Source of the DNA: an uncultured Campylobacter sp.
GTDB lineage: Bacteria > Campylobacterota > Campylobacteria > Campylobacterales > Campylobacteraceae
NCBI GenBank assembly: GCA_963545665.1
Contig: CAUUKU010000001.1
Location: 8,532-72,531 of the forward strand
Direction: 5' to 3'
Length of the DNA stretch: 64,000 nt
Below are positions 57,200 to 64,000 of the stretch, one piece after another (position 1 is the stretch's first letter; each line of letters starts with the position of its first letter). A model generated the notes under the pieces. The model saw nothing but the letters and a program-made list of their open reading frames with translations. It ran no database searches and was not told the DNA's origin. Made by a program: the position numbers and the translations under genes.

Positions 57200-58246
57200 T
57201 TAGCGCGCGCTTAGCTCGTGCACCAGATCCACTAGATATTTGGCGTTTTGCACGCTCACGTCGGGTAAAATTCCATGCCCTAGATTAAAGATATGCGCGG
57301 CACCCTTCATCGCTGCTAAAATCTCGCGCACGCCCGATTCTATCGCGCCGCGATCGTATAGCCGCATCGGCTCCAGGTTGCCTTGAAGCGCAAATTTGCC
57401 CCCGAGCCGCTCGCGCGCAAGCCCCATAGGGGTGCTCCAATCCACGCCCCATACGTCAAAGCTCGCCTCGCCTCGCTGCTCCGCGATACGGCTCAGCCGC
57501 GACATCTGCGCGCCCGTGCCCTTGGCAAAGACGATGAGCGGGATATGCGGGAATTTCGCCTTTAAAAATTCCGTGATTTCCAGGATGTATCGCCAGCCGA
57601 ACTCCTCGTATGCGCTCGGCTCCAGCGCGCCCGCCCAGCTATCGAAGATCTGCACCGCATCGACGCCCGAGCCGATCTGGCGCGCCAGATAAAGCTTCGT
57701 CGCCTCCGTAACTAGGCGCAAAATTTCATGCAGAAGCTGCGGATTTTCGTAGAGCATCCTTTTGCAAACGGCGTAATTTTTGCTGCCGCCGCCCTCGATC
57801 ATATAGGTAGCGATCGTCCACGGCGCGCCGCAAAAGCCGATAAGAGCTTTATCCGCGGCAAGGCGCGAGCGAGTAAGCGAGATCGTATCATAGACGTATC
57901 CGAGCTCCGCCGCGGCCTTTTGCGGATCAAGGCGCGCCAAATCGCCCTGAGAGCGGATCGGATTGCTAAAGCGCGGCCCTTCGCCCGCTTCGAAGCGCAG
58001 ATCCATCCCCATCTGCATCGGCACGACCAAAATATCGCTAAATAAAATCGCCGCATCGACGCCTAAAATCTCCACGGGCTGGATCGTTACCTCGCTAGCG
58101 GCGCGGTAGTCACGGCACAGGCTTAAAAAATCGCCCGCCCTCTCGCGCACCGCCATGTATTGCGGCAGGTAGCGCCCCGCCTGGCGCATCATCCAAATGG
58201 GCGTGTATGGGGTCTCTTTGCCTAAGCATGCGTCGATGAAAACCAT
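57200..58246 (-). CDS. hemE: uroporphyrinogen decarboxylase
   Basis: 348 aa with the [15 protein letters not shown] signature. Confidence 0.95.
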   Translation of the reverse strand: MVFIDACLGKETPYTPIWMMRQAGRYLPQYMAVRERAGDFLSLCRDYRAASEVTIQPVEILGVDAAILFSDILVVPMQMGMDLRFEAGEGPRFSNPIRSQGDLARLDPQKAAAELGYVYDTISLTRSRLAADKALIGFCGAPWTIATYMIEGGGSKNYAVCKRMLYENPQLLHEILRLVTEATKLYLARQIGSGVDAVQIFDSWAGALEPSAYEEFGWRYILEITEFLKAKFPHIPLIVFAKGTGAQMSRLSRIAEQRGEASFDVWGVDWSTPMGLARERLGGKFALQGNLEPMRLYDRGAIESGVREILAAMKGAAHIFNLGHGILPDVSVQNAKYLVDLVHELSAR

Positions 58247-58524
58247 TTTTATCCTTTAAATTTAGCTGTTTTGTCGCGTCGTGTTTAGCTCGCAAATACA
58301 TGCTGAAGCAATCTGCGCGAATAAAAATTCGCCTAGCCGGAAACTAGCGCGCTTAAATTTAGATACTCGGTGCGGTTTAGATTACGGCGCGCCTTAATCG
58401 CTCAAATCTAGATTTTGCGGCGCGGATTTTTGAAGCGGGCTTTTATGCGCCGATCTGCGCGCCTAATTTATAAATTTACGCGGCGCGCGGTGAATTTATA
58501 AAATTTCAGATCCGCGCCGATTTA

Positions 58525-58635
58525 GGCGGCGCAAAATTTTAACGCTCAAGCCTGCGAGGCCGTAAAATTCCAACGCGAGTCTACGGCGCGACGAAATTTA
58601 AGCGTCCGAGCCTATGGCGGCATAAAATTTCATCG
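58525..58635. repeat. four degenerate units of about 30 bp, each carrying one RAATTY
   Basis: GGCGGCGCAAAATTTTAACGCTCAAGCCTGCGA / GGCCGTAAAATTCCAACGCGAGTCTAC / GGCGCGACGAAATTTAAGCGTCCGAGCCTAT / GGCGGCATAAAATTTCATCG. Unit starts are at 58525, 58558, 58585 and 58616. Confidence 0.5.
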
Positions 58636-58703
58636 TTAAATTTCGTGCGCAGGTTGCGAAGCTCCGAAATTCTGCGCCGCGAAATTTAACGACCCCCGAC
58701 GCC

Positions 58704-59732
58704 TTATTTTTGCTGCATATCGATCCAGCGAAGCGCGATGCGCACGGCGTTTGTCGCCGCTCCGACGCGGATCTGATCGGCGCTGCACCAAAGGTGCAGA
58801 ATTTTATCGTCGAAATTGTCCCTGCGGAGCCTACCGACGTAGGTTTCGTTCGTATCGCTCGAAAGCAGCGGCATCGGGTACTCGTTTTTGCTCGGATCGT
58901 CTGCAAGCACGATGCTAGGCGCGTTTCTTAAAATTTCACGCACGCGGCTAATCTCGAAATCCTTTTTAAATTTTATCGTGATCGCCTCGCTGTGGCTGCG
59001 CAGCACCGGCACGCGCACGCAGGTAGCCGAAACGGCGAAGTTTTTATGCAAAATTTTCTGCGTTTCGTTTACCATCTTCATCTCCTCTTTGGTGTAGTCG
59101 TTGTCCAAAAACACGTCGATGTGCGGGATGACGTTAAATGCTAACTGGTGCGCGAAAACTTTAGGTTTGCACTCATCAAGCTTAAATTCAAAAAATTTCT
59201 GCAGCTGAAACACGAGCTCCTCCATGCCCTCTTTGCCTGCGCCGCTGGCGGCTTGGTAGGTGCTTACGTCCACGCGCTCTATTTCAAACGCATCATCAAG
59301 CGGCTTAAGAATTTGAACCATCTGGATGGTCGAGCAGTTCGGATTGGAGATGATGCCCGTCTCCTTCCACAGCTCGATATCCTGCGGATTGCACTCGGGC
59401 ACGACGAGAGGGACGTCCTCTTGCATACGAAAGTGGCTCGTGTTGTCGATCACCACCGCGCCGCTTGCCGCAGCAAATGGCACGTAATGCGCCGAAATGG
59501 AGCCGCCCGCGCTAAAAAACGCGATGTCGATCTCGTTTTCGTCGAAGGTACTGTCCGTTAGCTCCCTCACGACGTATTCTTTGCCGCGGAATTCCACCTT
59601 CTCGCCCGCGCTCTTTGCGCTTGCAAGCGGCAGTATGTCCTTTACGGGGAAGTTCATCTCGTCTAAGACGCGCAAAATCTCCTCGCCTACGGCGCCGGTA
59701 GCGCCTACGATGGCGATATTGTAACTACTCAT
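58704..59732 (-). CDS. asd: aspartate-semialdehyde dehydrogenase
   Basis: 342 aa with the N-terminal IAIVGATGAVG Rossmann motif and the active-site NPNCSTI. The start overlaps the gyrA stop by 8 nt. Confidence 0.94.
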   Translation of the reverse strand: MSSYNIAIVGATGAVGEEILRVLDEMNFPVKDILPLASAKSAGEKVEFRGKEYVVRELTDSTFDENEIDIAFFSAGGSISAHYVPFAAASGAVVIDNTSHFRMQEDVPLVVPECNPQDIELWKETGIISNPNCSTIQMVQILKPLDDAFEIERVDVSTYQAASGAGKEGMEELVFQLQKFFEFKLDECKPKVFAHQLAFNVIPHIDVFLDNDYTKEEMKMVNETQKILHKNFAVSATCVRVPVLRSHSEAITIKFKKDFEISRVREILRNAPSIVLADDPSKNEYPMPLLSSDTNETYVGRLRRDNFDDKILHLWCSADQIRVGAATNAVRIALRWIDMQQK

Positions 59733-62469
59733 CCTCTCCTCCTTTTAAAATTTCATCGCTAGGGCCGTCGCTCTGCGAATCTTTGCTATCTAAATTTGAA
59801 TTTAATAAATTTTCATCCTGCGCAAGCTCGTCCGCTTCGCCCTCGTCGCCCTCCTCGGCTTTCGGGCAGGTCGCGATGCTCACGACGTCGTCGCCCTCGA
59901 CATTTACGACGATGACGCCGCTGGTGTTGCGGCCCGCTTTGCGGATGCTTTGCATATCGACGCGGATCATCTTGCCGCTGGTGGTTAGCGCCATGAGATC
60001 CATCTCCTCATCGACCATCACGACGCCGATGAGCTCGCCCGTGCGGTTGGTGAGCTTCATGCAGATGACGCCCTTGCCGCCGCGGTTTGTGAGGCGATAC
60101 TCGCTCGCGGTCGTGCGCTTGCCGATACCCTTTTGGCTCACGCTTAAAATTTCTTGCATGTCGCTTAGAATAAACGCGGCGCCGATGACCTCGTCGCCTT
60201 TCTCTTTAAATTTAATCCCCTTTACGCCGCGAGCGATGCGCCCCATCTGGCGAATTTTATTTAGATTAAATTTAAGGCACATTCCCTTTTTCGTAGCGAT
60301 GAAGAGCATATTTTCGTTGGCGCTTTGCGGCTCGCCATCTTGCGCGCCCTCGCCTTGCGAAATTTCATCTGAAATTTCATTCTCGCTTCCCTCCAAAATA
60401 TCCTGCTCGGTCTGCCCTAAAACTTCTTCGACCTCGCCGCCGTCCAGATCGTCGCCGCTTAAGGCGCCTCCTTTGTAGTTTTGCATCTCCTCGGCGCTGT
60501 TTGGAGCGATGAGCGCAGTCACCAGCGTATCATCCTCATCCAGGCTGATAGCGCGGATGCCGAGTGAGCGGATGTTTTTAAACTCGCTTAAATTCGTGCG
60601 TTTTACGATGCCGTTGCGAGTGAAAAATACGAGCGACTTGCTCGGATCAAAATCGGTCGTAGGGATGATCGCCATGATCTTTTCGTCCGCGCCGAGCTGG
60701 ATTAAATTTACTACCGCTTTGCCCTTTGCGGTGCGCGAGCCCTCCGGAATTTTATAGACTTTAAGCCAATAAAGCTGCCCGCGGTCGGTGATAAACATAA
60801 GCGTATCGTGGGTGTTGCTCGTAAAAAAGCTCTCGATGAAGTCATCGTCATACGTCGTAACCGCCACGCGCCCCTTGCCGCCGCGCTTTTGCTTCTCGTA
60901 AGTCTTACTAGGCACGCGCTTGATGTAGCCGCGGTGAGTGATCGTAACGACCATATTTTCATTCGCGATTAGATCTTCGATGTCGATATCCTCGTAGTCA
61001 TCGACGATTTCGGTGATGCGCGGGCATTTAAATTTATCTTTGATCTCCAAAAGCTCATCTTTGATGATCCCCTCGATTAACTCCTCGCTCTTTAGGATCG
61101 CATCAAGCCGCTTTATCTCGGCTAAAATTTCTTTTAGCTCCTCCTCGATCTTTTCGCGCTCAAGTCCCGTTAAGCGGCTTAGCCTCATATCCAAAATCGC
61201 GCCCGATTGCGCCTCGCTGAGGCCGAATCTGCTCATTAAATTTTCGCGCGCGACGTTGGTGTCGGCAGAGTTTCTAATCACATCGATCACTTCGTCGATA
61301 TTATCTAGCGCAATCTTTAAGCCCTCCAAGATGTGCGCTCTAGCGCGCGCTTTTTGAAGCTCAAAAATTGTGCGGCGGATGATGACGGTTTTTCTGTGGT
61401 TCAAAAACAGCTTCAAAAGCTCTATCAGCGTGAAAATCTTCGGCTCCTTGCCGTCGATTGCGAGCATTATCACGCCGAAGGTCGCCTCCATTGTAGTTTG
61501 CTTAAATAGATTATTCAGCACGATCTCGCTCATCGCGTCGCGCTTAAGCTCTATTACTACACGAATTCCGTCGCGATCGCTCTCGTCGCGTACCTCGGAG
61601 ATGCCTTCGATCTGCTTTTCCTTTACGAGATCCGCGATCTGTTCGATCAAGCGCGCTTTATTGGTCTGATACGGCAGCTCGTCGATTACGATGACGTCTT
61701 TACTAGCTTTTTTTTCAATATGGGTTTTAGCGCGAATTTTAACCCGCCCTCTGCCCGTTTTATACGCTTCAATGATCCCTTTTTTACCGTAGATTATGCC
61801 GCCGGTCGGAAAATCGGGGCCCTTGATCTCGCCCATGATCTCCTCTAGGCTTGCGTTTTTATTCTCAAGGAGTATCAAAAGACCGCCCACGAGCTCATCT
61901 AAGCTGTGCGGCGGGATATTCGTCGCCATTCCAACGGCGATTCCGCTTGAGCCGTTAAGCAGCAAATTCGGCACGCGCGTCGGCAAAACATCGGGCTCGC
62001 TTAGGCTCTCGTCATAGTTCGGCACGAAATCGACCGTCTCTTTATCCAGATCTTTTAGCAGCTCCTCGGCTAGCGGCGTCATACGCGCTTCGGTGTATCT
62101 CATCGCCGCAGCATTATCGCCGTCGATCGATCCGAAGTTTCCCTGTCCGTTTACGGTCGGACATCGCATAGAAAAGTCTTGCGCCATACGTACTAAAGAA
62201 TCATATATCGCCGTATCGCCGTGCGGATGGTACTTACCCATCACCTCGCCCACGATAAAAGCGGACTTTTTATATGGACTTCGCGCGCTTAAGCTCAAAT
62301 TATTCATCGCATATAAAATTCGTCTATGCACGGGCTTTAGGCCGTCTCTGGCGTCGGGTAGCGCACGACCGATGATGACGCTCATCGAGTAATCAAGGTA
62401 GCTCGTCTTGATCGATTCCTCGACGTCTATATCGATGATCTCTTGATTTTCAAAAATATTTTCTTGCAT
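59725..62469 (-). CDS. gyrA: DNA gyrase subunit A
   Basis: 914 aa with [21 protein letters not shown] (QRDR; Thr86 and Asp90 are wild type), the AAMRYTE catalytic Tyr region and an acidic C-terminal tail. Confidence 0.98.
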   Translation of the reverse strand: [914 protein letters not shown]

Positions 62470-62507
62470 AAAGATCCTTTTAAAATTTAACGAGCGATTA
62501 TAGCGAA

Positions 62508-63125
62508 TTATTCTTTTGCATTAGCTAAAACCAAGCCGCATACGGGCATAAAGCCGCCCTGTATCAAGCTCTCTCGCGCTTGCAGCATGCTAAGGCCTGA
62601 GGTGATGATGTCGTCTACTAGGATCACGGGGAATTGCGGCGGGGTTAAAATTTTAAAATTTCGCTTGTGTTTTAGCCTAAATTCCAAACTCTGCCCCGTG
62701 TATTTGACGCGATTTTGCGCGCGCAGGCAGTGAAATTTTGGCTCCACGAGCTCGCTTTTTAGCGCGCGAGCTAAGATCGCCGTGTGCGAATAGCCGCTGC
62801 GAGCGTCATCATCCAGCGGCACGGCGTTAAATTTAAAAATCCCGTTCGTTTTAAACATTTCGTAGTTTTGCGGATTTGTAGAAATTTCGCGCTGCAGATG
62901 AAGCGGGAATTTTGCCAAGCTTAAAGAGGCTATGCGCGCAAGCACCGCAGCGCCGTATTCGTGATGTTTAGAAAGTATAAGCTCTCGAATTTCGGAGTAG
63001 CCGTAGTAGTAAAACACGCTAAAGCCCTCCACCTGCCGCATACTTAGGCGGCATTCGACTAAATTTGCGGCGCAGGCGGCGCAGATCGTGCGCAGGCTAA
63101 ACGCGCCGCAATTTATGCAGCGCAT
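62508..63125 (-). CDS. ComF-family phosphoribosyltransferase-like competence protein
   Basis: 205 aa with N-terminal CINCGAF...CAAC zinc-finger cysteines and the C-terminal PRPP motif ILVDDIITSG. It lies upstream of gyrA, like Cj1028c. Confidence 0.8.
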   Translation of the reverse strand: MRCINCGAFSLRTICAACAANLVECRLSMRQVEGFSVFYYYGYSEIRELILSKHHEYGAAVLARIASLSLAKFPLHLQREISTNPQNYEMFKTNGIFKFNAVPLDDDARSGYSHTAILARALKSELVEPKFHCLRAQNRVKYTGQSLEFRLKHKRNFKILTPPQFPVILVDDIITSGLSMLQARESLIQGGFMPVCGLVLANAKE

Positions 63126-63674
63126 CTAAAGCGTCGAGATGATTTGATCGGCGGATTTTTTGACGATGTCGTCTAGCAGGCTTTGCACGAAAGGATTGAG
63201 CGATCTAGCCGTGCGAAGCGCCGTAAATTTGCTCTGATCTTGAGCTACGCGCTTGGTCGTGGTTTTGTTGCCCTGCACGATCGCGATCGCGACCTCGCCT
63301 CTTGCGCTCATATTTTCCTTCGAGTAGCCGTTGATCGCCGCCGAAATGCTTCTAATGTTTACGGTTACGATATTCGGGCTTGCCGGATCGATCTTTACGC
63401 CGCGAGCCTCAAGCTCCGCGCGCAAAGCCTTGTCGAACCACGCCGAGAGATTGTTTTTTAAAAGCACCTCATCGACCAGCTTGCCGCCGCTATCGTTGAT
63501 GACGGCGATTACCATCTGATTTTCGCGCTGATCGTTGATCGCGTTGATATTTACCGACTTGCCGCTTACGGTCTGATCGGCCTTAGAAAGATACGGATTT
63601 AAGCTGATGACGCTGCTGGTTTGCGAGCAGGCGACAAAAAATAGCGCAAAGATACCGAGTAAAAATTTTTTCAT
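63126..63674 (-). CDS. lipoprotein (YajG/MapA-like position upstream of comF-gyrA)
   Basis: The start is trimmed to MKKFLLGIFALFFVAC (lipobox). The stop abuts the comF start. The family call is tentative and positional, based on Cj1029c mapA. Confidence 0.6.
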   Translation of the reverse strand: MKKFLLGIFALFFVACSQTSSVISLNPYLSKADQTVSGKSVNINAINDQRENQMVIAVINDSGGKLVDEVLLKNNLSAWFDKALRAELEARGVKIDPASPNIVTVNIRSISAAINGYSKENMSARGEVAIAIVQGNKTTTKRVAQDQSKFTALRTARSLNPFVQSLLDDIVKKSADQIISTL

Positions 63675-63766
63675 TTCGATCCTTTTTCTGAAATTCGGGC
63701 GCATTGTAGCACTAAATTTAAAATTTATAGATTTTTTTGTATCATTGCAAAATCAAAGGAGAAATT

Positions 63767-64000
63767 TTGCAAGCACTCGCTTTAAAATACAGACCCAAAA
63801 GCTTCGAGCAGCTCATCGGTCAAGACGCCGTCGCCAAAAGCCTCGCGCACGCGCTGGATTCGGGCAGGCTGAGCCACGCATATCTTTTCAGCGGACTTCG
63901 CGGCAGCGGCAAAACCTCGACGGCTAGGATTTTTGCCAAAGCGCTTCTATGCGATAAAGGCCCCGCCGGCAAGCCGTGCGAGATCTGCGATAACTGCGTA
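63767..64000 (+). CDS. dnaX: DNA polymerase III gamma/tau subunit; N-terminal fragment that runs off the window
   Basis: A TTG start sits 6 nt after an AAAGGAG RBS. My own translation is (M)QALALKYRPKSFEQLIGQDAVAKSLAHALDSGRLSHAYLFSGLRGSGKTSTARIFAKALLCDKGP..., which includes the Walker A region and the start of the zinc module. Confidence 0.9.
   Translation, partial: MQALALKYRPKSFEQLIGQDAVAKSLAHALDSGRLSHAYLFSGLRGSGKTSTARIFAKALLCDKGPAGKPCEICDNCV

Noticed and set aside
60290-60480. An acidic insertion in the GyrA C-terminal domain and an acidic C-terminal tail, considered as a novelty
   Set aside because: From memory, C. jejuni GyrA has a comparable acidic insertion at the same place. This is therefore a genus feature rather than something new.

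Overview
This 64 kb window looks like chromosomal DNA from a relatively GC-rich, non-jejuni Campylobacter. That assignment is an inference from protein sequences and from gene order that matches C. jejuni.

Most of the window is conserved core genome:
- The translation/transcription supercluster on the minus strand: four tRNAs, tuf, rpmG, tRNA-Trp, secE, nusG, rplKAJL, rpoBC, rpsLG and fusA.
- The hemN/argF/hemB and ribA/rsmG block.
- htpX, alr and a phosphomannomutase.
- ccsBA and petABC.
- hemE, asd, gyrA, comF and the start of dnaX.

The clearest accessory content is a complete Ftr1-P19 iron-uptake locus (44.0-52.2 kb). It includes the membrane protein, two FtsX-type permeases, an ABC ATPase and a thioredoxin-like lipoprotein. 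A secreted TanB-type tannase operon follows it directly.

I found no mobile elements, CRISPR arrays, rRNA genes or defence systems, and I cannot support any claim of a wholly new multi-gene system.

Observations worth a second look:
1. The normally fused cytochrome c synthase gene ccsBA is interrupted by two in-frame TAG codons 18 nt apart.
2. About 7.6 kb (roughly 12%) of the window is gene-free, GC-rich spacer. It is built from degenerate direct repeats and saturated with the palindromic word RAATTY. The same word family appears in frame as Asn-Ser-rich low-complexity insertions in three unrelated proteins.
3. The tannase sits next to the iron-uptake locus.
4. There is an AT-rich islet at about 30 kb.
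5. There are several long palindromes and hairpins.

Everything here comes from reading the sequence and translations by eye. No searches were run.
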